64,000 nt of DNA from Azolla caroliniana. Its lineage: Eukaryota; Plantae; Polypodiophyta. The position numbers were made by a program, and so were the translations under genes. This document shows, one piece after another, positions 23,826 through 36,452 of this stretch (positions within the stretch are counted from its first letter, which is position 1; each line of letters begins with the position of its first letter). The stretch is from positions 9,858,001-9,922,000 of the forward strand of contig JBHGNT010000018.1 in NCBI GenBank assembly GCA_043228905.1, written 5' to 3'. The notes under the pieces were generated by a model. The model did not search any database. It was not told where the DNA came from and worked only from the letters and a program-made list of their open reading frames with translations.

Positions 23826-25458
23826 TGTTGCAATTGATATCCTTCCTACCGCCTCTTTCACGTCGGGTTCACCACTTAATTATGTCATGAAAATCCGTCA
23901 CTATGTGCGGATCGTGAGGCGGAACCGCCGGGGTTCTGGACTAGAAGGATTTAGTGCAACACGTACAACACAAGCAAGTTTTAAGCATAAGACAAGTGGG
24001 AGAGACAAATCATTTGTTTATTGCAAAAGAAAATCGATTCTTTATAATTTCAGAATTGTGTTGCAATGGGTTGGGTATGGAAATGAGAGATTAGTTTTTC
24101 AAAGAAAGGAGCCAACAACCATGCAAGGAGTGGTCCGATATGAATACGAGAGATAATTTCTTACAAGAAAGCTCAAGTAAACAAACCTATCAGTTTGATA
24201 TCAATATGTGAGATCATTCTCTTCTCGAATCCGAGAGGGAAGAAGAAAGAAGGGGGGAAAAAATGGGACATATATCGAGCGCCCCGTTGATCCTCCTCCC
24301 CAACTTTAGTTTGCATGCCCACTTCTAGTCGGAAGGCCTCTATTTTTAGTTGCATGGCCTTTGCTTTTAGTCACATGCTTCCATTTTTAGATGCATGCCT
24401 TTTTACTTTTAGTTGCATGGCCTTGGCTTTTGGTTGCATGCGATTGTCCGTATAATTCGGCCAAATGACACAATCATCCATAAAGTTTAGCCCGTATGCA
24501 ATCCGTACGTGCATCGCAACCAAACTGTAGACACGTCAGCGTGCAAATGTCTCGACCACGTAGTAGTGTACGCATCCACGCATGCGCACGTCCCGACCGC
24601 GCTGTAGTGTACGCATCCACGTGCGCGTGCGTACAACCCGCACCGTATATGCATTCGCGCACAAAAGTCTCGTTCGCACCGTTAGAGTACGCATCCACGC
24701 ATGCGCGCGTGTCCATACACGCGTCCGCGCCGCACATACACGTCCGTCCGAAACGTCCACGCATGCGTGCGTGCACACACATGCATCCGCATATACGCAT
24801 CCGTCCGAAATTTGCACACGCACGTACATCCAAAGACGTTCATGTGTGCGTACTTCCGAAAACGTCCACGCGGCCACGTAGACGCGCGTACGCCCGAAGC
24901 GTGCAATGCGTCCGCGCCGCACATACACGTCCGTCCGAAACGTCCATACACGCGTCCGCGCCGCACATACACGTCCGTCCAAAACGTCCACACATGCGTG
25001 CGTGCACACACACGCATCCGCATATACGCATCCGTCCGAAATTTGCACACGCACGTACATACGAAGACGTCCATGTGTGCGTACTTCCGAAAACGTCCAC
25101 GCGGCCATGTAGACGCGCGTACGCCCGAAGCGTGCACACCACATAGTGTAGCCCAAGTCACCTTGAACATCCTATGCTCCACACATTGATAGAATGAATA
25201 TGTTTTGGTTTCCCTTATATATTCTGGGTTCCAATGTTGTCCTATCTATGTGGGATATCTCACAATTTTGTCTTTTCTTTTCTTTTCTTCAAACTTCACA
25301 CTCACATAACTTGATACTTGTTTATCTGTTTTATGCGTAGTAAAATACGCTATGAAGCTCTTTAACACATCTATCTTTCCATATCCATATATTAAGCTAA
25401 TCGTAAATAATTATTTTACTAGTTTGCATATCGTGTGTGGAAACCCACACGACACTGG

Positions 25459-28010
25459 TAAGCATCTGTTGCCTATGATCAACCACTTCCTTGCAGTCCT
25501 CTACCCACCGCCTTTGGTTTCCCCTCATCGCACCCTGATCTCTCCAGCACCACCACGGAAACAACGTGGGCAGATTTTGGAGATAACTCAGGAAGAATGG
25601 GAAGACTCCTCGTCTTCTCCACCTCCCTCAAGCGTTCGGAACCCCGTTTCCGCCTCGACCTCACCCCCACCAAAAACACAAAGAAAACGGGTGGTGACAG
25701 CAACCCATGTCGAATGGGATGAGGCCGAGGAGGCCATCCCCGAGGATGTCACCATATGCCAGAGGCCAGCAAGGACATCAATGACCTCTCCACAACCAAG
25801 CCCACAGCCCACCAGCCAGGAGGCCTTGGCCATCCGGCAACAGAAGAGGAAACATGCCGAGGAGCCAACACCACCGGCCCCAGACGCGCAGGACCAACCG
25901 CCAGAAAGACGTCGTATCATTCGAGAGGCAAACATAGAAACCGAAGGCGACCAACGGCAGAAATCAAAAGAGGCTAGCGCCCCCTCCACGGACATAGTAC
26001 CAGTGGAGTCATGGCTCCAAGTCGGCACGATTGAGGATGGCCAAACCATGCAGATATCAGAGGAGGAAGTCCTCGGGTACAAAGATCTCCCCGCGGAGGC
26101 ATACGAGTTCAGTGCCCTACTTCGACCGGGCACAACTTACGAGTTAATGGATTTCCTCGCTCGCGCCCAAGTAGCACGCCGAAACAAAGATGATCCAAAG
26201 CGCGCTAATGGGTGAAATCGAACCTCACGAGGATCGAGCCTTACAAAAGATAGGACAGAAGAAGCAAGTACAGAATGCTTCGCTTCTCATGGAACTACCG
26301 GATGTGAAGATGGCCTTAGTCGAGGCATATCGCAATTTACACCACACTACTCGGGCAACCAAGGACATGGCCCGACGTATAAAAAGGGTGCATCAACAAG
26401 CCAAACGGGCTACCGACCTATGGCAAGCCGCTGAGAAGAAACTAGTGACACTCACACAACAACGGCCGCCCTTAATCCTCCCTGCGCCGAGTGAAGCTGT
26501 CTCACCAGCCACTCTTTCGAACCCGAACCCAAGTGCTGAAGGTACCATAGCATACAAAGATGACACCTCCCACCCCACGGTAGCCACGACCGAGGCCAGC
26601 ACAATGACAGACTCGGTACAGAAAAGTGAGCCATCGTCACGGGCAGATATCAGCCTGCACCCCCAAACCAGCCAAGCCTCGATGCAAACGCTACCACCTC
26701 TGGAAGTCATGGAACGAGCGACACAAACAGACAGGGAGTCCTCGGCCCAACTCTAGCAAGTGGCAACCTAGACAGGGCCTGCCCTTAGGGACTAACAGGA
26801 GGAGCTTCAGGCCCAGATTGCGCTAGCCGAAATGGCCGAACAGAATCACAACAACATTCTTGGCCAGCAACGAGAACAAGCCGCGAGCCGCGAAGTGAAC
26901 CTCAAGCGATTGCTTGCTGAAAGGTCGGCCGCGCTTGAAGCATGAGAACGAGAGGTGATGACCTTCCAAGTCTCGATCACTGAGGCTAAGGAATAGTTCA
27001 TGAAAGAAACCGAGTGGAATAGCCAACGGGAACAATATCTCTTCGCCGACAACCAGGAATTACGCCATCATCAACGAGCCTTCCAGGACATGGCCAACGA
27101 ACATATGAAGAAGTGGAGGATCTCGGAGGAGCAATGAGCGAAAATTTCCGATGCATATCACCAGTTGCAATCCGAGCACATCGCCGTCAAAGAACAACAC
27201 CGGGACGCCTAGTGACAGGAAAGGGACAAAATTGTAGCTCAGCTAACCAACCGTTATGAGCAGACCATCGTGCTCATCACGGAAAAAGCAAAAGATAATC
27301 AAGCTATGTTAGCAGTCTTCGCCTGCAAAAGCCAAGCAGAAGCCAAGGCCGCAAGGGAGGCACTGGAAGTTCACGGCGCGAGCATCGACATGGACGATAC
27401 CAAAATCAAGACCCTAATCCACAAGTATCGCCAACAATTCACCACGAAGATCAAAGAAATGCTTGACCATGTTTGGCAGGAGTGGTCAGCCCAAGCCGCG
27501 GACCTACACATACTACGCGCGGATGCCGAGAACCGATGGAAGGAGAGCCGAGGGTTTTACAAGATGGATGACACCAGCATCCAGACCCTCCGTGAGGACT
27601 TAACGGAAGAATATCATAGCTTGGCAACATCCCACAGCGCGGCCATCGAGCAACTCTTGGAGGAATTCAACGACGATCTAATGGTGTTTCGTTTAGAAGC
27701 CGAAGCATACGAGGAGGAATGACTCGCTACCGAGAGTCACAGGGCTCCCACAAACACCGAGCAAGGAACCGAGTCACTCCCCACGGCAACTAGACCGGAG
27801 GAACCTGCTCCTACCGACGTCCACATCCCACCGGAGCCACAGACTATAACCCCGACCCTGCCTGAATCGGTCCCAACAAAGGAGGGCACACACGCCAACA
27901 CCGCCATCCCCAACTCGGCAACACCACCTTCATCACCAAACCCACCGGCCGAGCAACCAGCCCAACCCGACGCCCCCGAGGATATCCTCCGCATATTGGA
28001 AGAAGAATAA
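25459..28010 (+). pseudogene. C-terminal part of the family F extra ORF (Pro/Ser-rich, then coiled-coil-like)
   Basis: ORF-track pieces 25352-26215, 26190-26756 and 27270-27722 are linked by one frameshift and point stops; ends RILEEE* just before the PPT. Confidence 0.75.
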
Positions 28011-28550
28011 AACCAACCTCTAAGCCCCGTAGGAAGGGGCAATTTTTGTAATTCGTGTGGTTTTGTTAAATCCATGGTGAACCGTGGGTCCGCTGGACAA
28101 AGTCCTGTCCCACAGATGTGCTAGGTGTTGTCCATAGGCCAAAAAAAGAAATTAGTTAAATGTAATACGCTGGAAGTAAGCTGATTAGGTAAGGGAGAGT
28201 TAGGTAAAACGCCGAGTTTCGAGCCTCACAGTCAGCCGACCGCTCGATGTTGTATGAAGGAAAAGAAGTATATAAACCGAGGTCTGCGTACCTCGACAGG
28301 GAGATATCAAGAGCCTAGGCGAGGTTGTTTCATAGATATAGGAGCTTTGTAAGGCTACCGGTTGTGGGCCGTGTTTTTGTAATCATCGTTAACTATTGCA
28401 ATAATACATATCTATTAGCTCTTGTTGTCTTCATCTGTGTGTCGTCGCTTCTAAGGTCTCAACTACGTATACGACCCGGGCTCTATTCTGGGTATACTCT
28501 TCGTGTTCCTCCCCTCACGACACCTTTGTGCACAAGTCTTCACGATTACA

Positions 28551-28731
28551 ATTCCCTTGATACCGATAGCTTGTAGGCATATCAAAGGTGTTTCTGGCAG
28601 AATGGTTAACACTCTTTGCGATGTGCCTCTGTCCAAGGGGATTGAGGGTGATCTATTTATGACATAGGTCGCCGTCGTCAACGCCTCAACCCAAAACTTC
28701 TTGGGTAACTTTGCATGTGCCAACATGCTCC
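28551..28731 (-). pseudogene. Copia A-related integrase fragment
   Basis: MLAHAKLPKKFWVEALTTATYVINRSPSIPLD. Confidence 0.85.
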
Positions 28732-29100
28732 TGTCAAGACAGAGGGAGAGAGTGAGTGAGAGAGAGAGAGAGAGAAAGAAGATAGAGAGATAAAATAAAA
28801 GGAATTATTATATTGAAGAGTAAATGGATTACAAAGAGTAGGCAACAAAGTACTACAAAATGGTGTTGAACCAATTTAGGTTTGGGATGAGTGGTAGATC
28901 CCAATTTATAAGTAATAGAGAACACTCTAGAATATTCTAGGTTATCTTAGAATGTAGAGCAATCTAGAAGATCTCTAGAGTATTCTAGAAGTTTCTAGTG
29001 GTATAGAACACTCTAGAATATCCTAGGTCATTCTAGAATGTAGAGTAATATAGAATATTCCTATGATATTAAATTTCATATTCTGAAAACTATACATATA

Positions 29101-29172
29101 AGAATATTAATACAATGGTTAAGGATTTGACATGTGTTCACAAGGTCGTGGGTTCAAATCCTTTCGAGTCAT
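29101..29172 (+). promoter_or_regulatory. tRNA-like A/B-box cassette in the Tcn1-like LTR
   Basis: TAATACAATGGTTAAG at 29108; AAGGTCGTG GGTTCAAATCC with the B box at 29151. Confidence 0.65.
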
Positions 29173-32100
29173 AATGTGAGTGTCACGATCCTTTCAATGC
29201 ATGATGTGAGTGTTGTCATGACACTATCCCCCTTCTTTGACGACACGTCTCACGGGTCGTAAGGTTTGTATGAGGACCTGGTGTACAAGGATATTGGCGA
29301 TGAAATGTAGTGACGAGTTCCACAGCAGTGGAAAGATTTGTAGTAGGTTCCCAAGTTCGATCATTGGGGGTATAGCTTAGCCAATCGACTTAAGTAATAC
29401 AACTTGTTGTGGATGATTTTAGAATCGAGAATGGCAGCAACTTCAAATTATGGTTCGTCCAAGAACTTGATAGGTGGTGGGGGTGTCGTAAGACGGCCTG
29501 GAATTGAACTTGTAGTATAAGGTTCCAAAAGGGATACATGAAACACCGGATGAAGATGCATATGTGGAGGGAGGTCAAGATAAATGCAACATCACTTATC
29601 TTACCAGTGATCATGTAAGGGCCAAAACATTGGTAATCCGATTTACTGCAAGGTCAAGTGGTCTTGATGTTGTGTTGGAGAAGCCATACATGATCCCCAA
29701 CGTGGAACTTTTTTGAGGAGTCTAGATGATGACAATCGGCAAGCCTCTTGTGTGTAACTTGAGCATCGTGCAAATTGTTGAGAATAGTAGTGTGAATTTC
29801 TTGGAGGCGACTAAGAAGATCCTCGGCAGCAGGGTTGGTAGGAATGTCTAGATGCACATTCATCGTCCACCGAGGATGACAATCCGTATTTGCGAAAAAT
29901 GGGGAATATCCTGTAGAAGAATGGGCTGAGTTATTGTAAGCGAATTACACCAAGTGGAAAAAATCAACCCAATCATCTTGTTGATAGTTGATGAAACAAC
30001 GAAGATATTGTTCCAATGTCTAGCTGGTACGCTAAGCTTGGCCATTTGTTTCGGGATGATAGCCTGAAGAAAGCTTAACCGAAATGTGGAGAAGTTTGAA
30101 CATGTGCTTCCAAAACTTTGAGATGAATTGTGGACCAGGATCACTAATAATATCATCCAGCAGACCATGATGCTTAGATACCTCCCGCATAACGAGATCA
30201 ACCGCCTCTTGACTAGTAATCAACTTTGTACATGGCAAGAAATGTGCCATTTTGGTAAATCGATCAACCATTGTGAGAATTGCATCAAAACCTTTCGAAA
30301 CTGGGAGATCAGTAATGAAGTCCAAGGATATAGACTTCCAAGGAGTTTCCGGAATGGGATGTGGTTGTAGTAAGCCATAAGATCGGTGATGAGGACTCTT
30401 TGATTGACAACATATATCATAGCTCTGAACATACTCCTAAACAAAATGACAAAGGCGAGGCCACCAATAGCGTTGAGAAATTAATTCTAGAGTCTTGTGA
30501 ACTCCAAAATGACCAGCCATTGGTGAGTCATGACAATGTTGTAAAACTTGTAGTCTTGGGGGACCATCAGGAACATACAATAGATTTTGACGAAACAGAA
30601 AATCACCATGCCAATAGAACTGACGATAGTCATTACGAGGATTTTTCGACCGTGAACAAGAAACACGATCCAGGACGATATGATCCAAAACATCCTTGGT
30701 GAAATCATTAGTGGCCATATGATCACGAATGGAATCAAGAAGAGTGGAATTTTCAAGAGTTGTTATGGCATTAACTACCATTAATCGTAATCGATTAGGA
30801 CCCAAAAGGATTTCTTTTTTATGCGCAAATGCAGGTTCCCCTAGACGAAGTTCCATATAAGAGCGCCGAGAAAGAGCATTTGCTTTGCCTTGCTGCATCC
30901 CAGGGAAATATATTATGATAAAGTCAAAGTGAGTCAAAAATTGCGCCCACCAGGCTTGTTGCCGACTCAAGACTCGAGCATTTTGGAAATAAGTCAGGTT
31001 CTTATGATCATTGTAGACAATGATTCGTTGAGAAGAACCTTCTAGAAAATGTCACCATTGTTGAAACGAATCCACAATTGCAAGAAGCTCTTTGTCATGG
31101 ATCTCGTAGTTGATCTCTGCAACTACAAAATTTCGTGAATGAAAGGCGACAGGGTGTAGCTATCCATCATCTCCAGTCTGCGAGAGGACACTCCCTAGTG
31201 CAAAATCGGATGCATCGGCTTCGAGGATGAAGCGTTTTGTTGGGTCAACATGTGCTAAGATAGGTGCCATTGTAAATGCTCATTTTAAGCTTTCGAATGC
31301 CCCGGCTACATTTGAACTCCATATAAATGGCTGATCTTTATGTGTGAGTTGAGTAAGTGGAAGCACAACCTTGGAATAATCTTTAATAAAGTTTCGATAA
31401 AAATTTGCGAACCCGAGAAAACATTGCACATCATGCACTGAAAGGGGCGTTTGCCACTCTAAAATTGCTTGTACCTTCATGGGGTCCATAGCAATACCAT
31501 CTGATGATACAACATACCCCAAAAATTCCACTTGATTCTGGCCGAAACTACACTTTTCTAATTTTATGTAGAGACCATATTCTCGGAGTCGACGCAGTAC
31601 TTGACGAACATGTTTGTCATGCTCCTCTTGGGTCTTCGAGTAGATTAAAATATCATCTAGGTAAACTATAGTGAAGATATCAAGAAAATCTCAAAAAATA
31701 TCGTTCGCCATATGTTGGAAAACAATAGGTGCATTTGTGAGACCAAATAGCATCACAGTATACTCAAAATGTCCATAGCGAGTTCGAAAAGTTGTCTTCC
31801 ATTCATTCCCCGGGTGAATCCGAACTAGATTATATGCTCCGCGAAGGTCCAACTTCGTGAAATATTTTGCACCACTGAGACGTTCTAAAAGGTTCGGGAT
31901 TAATGGTAGAGCATATCTATTCCGGATAGTCACTTTGTTTAGCCCTCGATAATCCACGACCAACCGAAGAGTCCCATTCTTCTTCCTAACAAAGAAGATA
32001 GGTGCACTAGCAGGGGATCTAAATGCCGAATGAATCCATTTGCCAGATTCTCATCAATATATTCCCGCAAAGTCTCTAGTTCTACAAGGGAGAGATTATA

Positions 32101-32852
32101 AATTGGGCCCCATGGAGGTTCTTTCCCTGGTTGTAAGTCAATAGGGCAGTTGTATGGCCGATACTCCGGCAATGTATTGGCCTTCCCCTTATCAAAGACA
32201 TGTGAAAACTCCTTGTATTTATCTGGTAGTTTAATGTTCGCTTCACGTGAAGTGGATGATGGAGTTGCTACTATTGCGAAGACAAACATGGCCTCATTCC
32301 CCCCTTCCTCCCGCAACTGTCGTAAAGCGATGGTTGATAACTCCGGGGATCTATTATCACATGTAGGAGAGAGGGATGCAGGGTTTGTGCTTTTGTCCTG
32401 GGTCTCCTCAATTGTTCTTTTCATCCAATCAATCTTCCGGTTATGGAGTTCAAACCAAGGGAGACCTATAACTATTGGGTGTTCCGGACTACGAATAATG
32501 TTGAAAGAGATTATGCTTGCCAAATCACCAAGAACTATCCTAATTGGCTCGGACTCCTCAACTATATCTCCTGATGCTATCGGACATCCATCAATGACTC
32601 CTACAGCTATTGGGCTGCGAAGCTTATTCAAGAGGATGTTTTGTGACAAGGCAAATTCATGATCCATGAAACAAGAGTTGGCTCCAGAATCTAGGAGGGC
32701 AGAGGCTAGGAATCGATGACATGTAGATGTGGTAAGCTCAACTTGTGCTGGAAAAACTCTACTCACTTGATTTGATGAAATGGAACCACGACTAGGAACT
32801 AACTCTACATAGCTAGAATGGTTCAGCCAAATGGCTCCTATTTTGGCCGGAC

Positions 32853-33780
32853 TTACTTATTTAACACATCCTCTAATTGGCTCAAGACATCAAATCTATT
32901 CTCATGGCATGGACTATGAGGCTTACTTATGTTATTAGAAGTAACAATAGAACTCGATGTAGGGTTTTCATGGGCACTTACTTGGTATACTTGACGCCTA
33001 GGTTTATGTGGACAATTTATAGCTATATGTCCCAGACCGCCACAATACAGGCAGAGGTAATGTGCTCGATGACGTTGCTTCTTAGCATCTAATAACGGCC
33101 CACGATGTTGTGTTGACTCTATTTCCATCGGAGTTGAGTCATCCCTTGTATTGGGTCTAGAGACTTGTGGAGGTGTTGCGACTACGGAAGTGTAAGTCTG
33201 TTCAGGTTGGCGGCGTAACATTTGTGGGTACTCAGAACATCGCTCAAATAGGCGATTATCACATCGCACGGCTCGACTAATGGCTTCTGTAAGCAACTTC
33301 GGATCTTCAGGGAAAGTAAGAAGAAGATCTTTGACATCATTTTGCAAACCTTGATGGAATTGATCCATTAAGGTTGCCTCATCCCAAGGGATATCGCATG
33401 CCAAGAAACGGAAATCGGCTACGTAAGCCGACGCGGGATGATCTCCTTGTCGAAGGCTTCGAATCTTTTCTATCGTTGTCCTGTTGCTGCCGGTGTCTCC
33501 GAAACTAGCTTGAAACTCTTTAACAAATGCCTCGAAATCCTCCAACAATGGTGATTTCTTCTCGAGAAGTGGTGCGAACCATGCTAACGTCGTATCGCAT
33601 AGCAAAGTTCCCACTAATCCCACACGAGCAACATCAGTTGGATACCGATTGGGATGTAGTTGAATAACCAGACGAACTTGATTCAAAAAGCATCGAAATA
33701 AAGACCTCGTACCATCAAACTTGGCGGGGAGGCTGATCTTTGGCTCTCTCGAGGAGTTCTGTGCCCCCGACACTTGTTCT
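32853..33780 (-). pseudogene. Tcn1-like Gag
   Basis: ORF 32853-33803 with a retrotransposon capsid-like region and CLYCGGLGHIAINC. Confidence 0.85.
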
Positions 33781-33784
33781 CGTA

Positions 33785-35813
33785 ACTTGTAACCGGATGA
33801 CACTCAACGAACCGGCCGGATACAGACAAGAAACCAAACCAACCGAAGAAGAAGAAGAAGAAGACACCGGAACCGGACAAGATCCCGAATCGGATTCGGA
33901 TTCGGAACAAACGGAGGAACCGATAGTCAGAGACCAAGGATGGAGATATCCTCTCCGAGAGAGAAGAGCCCCCCCGGAGATTTCCGGATGCAGAGCACGT
34001 GTTGCTAACCGATGAGGGGGAGCCGGAAAGCTTCGAAGTAGCAAATAGAGACACCCACAACCGCAAGTGGTTGAGTGCCATGTAGGATGAAATGGATTCC
34101 TTGCATGGGAACCACACGTATGAACTGACGGAGTTGCCAAAAGGGAAGAGAGCACTCCGGAACAAGTGGGTGTACAAGCTGAAATCGGGAGATGCCGGAA
34201 ATCCACCAAGGTATAAGGCCCGAATCGTGGTGAGGGGCTTCTAGCATAAGAAAGGAGTGGATTTCGATGAGATCTTTGCCCCAGTAGTAAAGATGACATC
34301 CATCCGGACGGTATTGGGCATAACAGCAAGCATGGACCTCGAGGTAGAGTAACTGGACGTCAAGATGACATTCCTACATGGCGACCTCGAAGAAGAAATC
34401 TACATGCATCAACCGGAAGGATTTGAGAAGAAAGGGAAGGAGCACTTGGTGTGCCAGTTGAAGAAGAGCTTATACGGATTGAAGCAAGCTCCCCGGGAAT
34501 GGTACCAGAAGTTCGACTCCTTCATTTCCAACCAAGGGTACCACATGACGTAGGCCGATCACTGCATGTTTGTGAAGAAATTTGACGGAGGATATTTCTT
34601 GATACTCCTATATGTGGATGATATGTTGATCGTCGGACGAGACCAAGGCAAGACTCGGATGCTGAAGAAGGCTCTGAACCGGACCTTCTCAATCAAAGAC
34701 TTGGGTCCGGCAAGACAAATATTGGGTATGCACATCATCCGGGACCGGTCAAAGAAGCTGTTGTGGTTGTCACAAGAGAAGTACGTGACAAAGGTGCTTC
34801 AACAGTTCAACATGTCGGAGGCGAAAATGGCCGGATCGGCACTTCCGGCAAATTGCAACCTATCTGGAAAACAAAGTCCAAGGACAAAGGTGGAGAAGAC
34901 GGATATGATGAAGGTACCATATGCCTCTGCCGTCGGAAGTTTGATGTACGCGATGGTATGTACCCGGCCGGATATCGGATATGTAGTCGGAGTGGTGAGC
35001 CGGTTCATGAGCAATCCCGGAAGAGAGCACTGGAACGTGGTCAAGTGGATACTCTGGTATTTGAAAGGCACCTCGAGTATGTGCCTCCTGTTTGTCTTCG
35101 GTAATCCCCAACTTGACGGATTCACGGATTCGGATATGTCGGCTGATGCGGATACCAGCCGGTCTACATCCGGATATGTCATGATCTATGCAGGGGGAGC
35201 TGTTTCGTGGCAGTCGAGGCTACAGAAGACGGTTGTGTTGTGAACTACGAAGGCGGAGTACATGGTAGCGGTAGAAGCCGGCAAGGAGATAATCTGGATG
35301 AAGGACTTCATCGGAGAGCTAGGAATCCAACAAGAGGAATATCGGCTCTACTGCGACAGTCAAAGTGCCATCCATCTTGCAAAGAACACGGCCTACCATT
35401 CCCGGATGAAACATATCCAGCAAAGGTACCATTGGATCTGAGAGAAAATAGAAGATCAAGAGTTCATGCTGACAAAGATCCACACGGTGAAGAATGGGTC
35501 GGACATGCTGACCAAGGTGCTGACAACCGACAAGCTGGATACGTGCCAAAAGTGGATTAGGCTGGCGAGACATCCCATGCCAGAGTGAAGGGGGAGATTG
35601 TTGGGAAATCAGTCCCTCCGGATGGGATCCGGTTATGAATGAAGAGGACCCTGTGAGAACCAGAAAAGGAGACATATTTGTAAATATGTTCTGAGTAAGA
35701 CTATTGAGGCTATATTTGTAAATAGCCCTAAGTTCATATAAGTATATATATGACTTAGGGCAGCCACTTAAGTGATGGTGTTTTCTTATTATTGTATGCA
35801 TATAATTGTTGTA

Positions 35814-35855
<42 letters not shown>

Positions 35856-36097
35856 CAGAGCTATATACTCTGTTGTAACCGCCGACTGGCGAAGATATAG
35901 AGCTCAAGGTCGTTGCCTCCGAGTCTTTATTTTTTACCTTTCTTACATAGTGCTAGTTTGGAGTTTGTGGACTCCCATGGTTTTTCCCATTTAGGGTTTT
36001 CCACGTAAACATCCTGTGTACTCTCTATTGTGTGTGTGTGTGTGTGTACATGCGCTCACTCCCTACTTCCCATTTCTATGTTTGATTCTTATCGACA
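33785..36097 (+). mobile_element. 3' half of a Copia A-related element (RT-RNase H, PPT, 3' LTR 35599-36097)
   Basis: LLYVDDML, YCDSQSAI, ends RHPMPE*, PPT AAGGGGGAGA, LTR TGTTGGG...TCGACA; contains stops. Confidence 0.9.
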
Positions 36098-36452
36098 AGT
36101 GATTCGTGACTCGGCTGTGGCCGAGCAATATTCTGCGCTTAACTCATCATGATGCTGATGGTCAAAGAAAACCACGCGAGTGGGTCGAGGACCACTCAAC
36201 CGGACAACCGGATTTTGTACACAGAGGTGGACTTGCCCCATGCGTGTGGAGGATGAGGTGCGTCGGCACGCAATGGAGGACGGCCAGCAAGAGTAGAATG
36301 AAAGGCACCGAGACAGTGCCAACAACAGTTCAAGACCCTCCATGAGCAGGGGGAGTCAAAACGGTGTCGGAAACCGGCAAGGGAAGGCCAACACGGAATG
36401 CTGGTATTGTGGCAAGAAAGGCCACAAATAAAGCGAATGTTGGAAGAAGCGC
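36098..36452 (+). pseudogene. Copia C gag fragment
   Basis: MLMVKENHASGSR...ECWYCGKKGHK.SECWKKR, homologous to 61860-62160. Confidence 0.85.

Larger units (their letters stand above)
16331..25454 (-). mobile_element. Full-length tRNA-Trp-primed non-chromovirus Gypsy (family G, possibly Phygy-like); LTRs 16331-18106 and 23883-25454
   Basis: Long direct-repeat LTRs, PBS TGGTGAACCCGACGTGAA at 23857-23874, PPT at 18107-18118, 4-bp TSD CCGG/CTGG. Confidence 0.93.
11621..28550 (+). mobile_element. 5'-truncated non-chromovirus Gypsy (Athila/OTA-like, family F) with extra 3' ORF; 3' LTR 28047-28550; hosts two nested insertions
   Basis: RT-RH-INT at ~11640-14894, PPT AGGAAGGGGCAA at 28031-28042, LTR TGTAATTCGTG...CACGATTACA. 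Confidence 0.85.
28732..33780 (-). mobile_element. 5'-truncated Tcn1-like chromovirus; 3' LTR 28732-29223
   Basis: Gag PAKFDGTRS...LCLYCG, protease [34 protein letters not shown], chromodomain-like VDWLSYTPNDRTWEP near 29345-29390, PPT GAAGGGGGATAG. Confidence 0.9.

Noticed and set aside
16956-25189. Many overlapping Arg/Cys/His/Val-rich ORFs at ~16956-17834 and ~24474-25189
   Set aside because: By-products of stop-poor LTR repeats, open in most frames, with no domain motifs.
25459-28010. Retroviral env gene
   Set aside because: No evident signal peptide, transmembrane helix or cleavage site; kept as an extra ORF of unknown function.
28195-28230. B-box-like GAGTTTCGAGCC in the family F LTR
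   Set aside because: Poor match, no A box at tRNA spacing, and sense orientation unlike the other cassettes.
32830-32880. Gag-pol frameshift signal in the Tcn1-like element
   Set aside because: A frame change is plausible, but the heptamer is degenerate and no clear downstream structure was seen.
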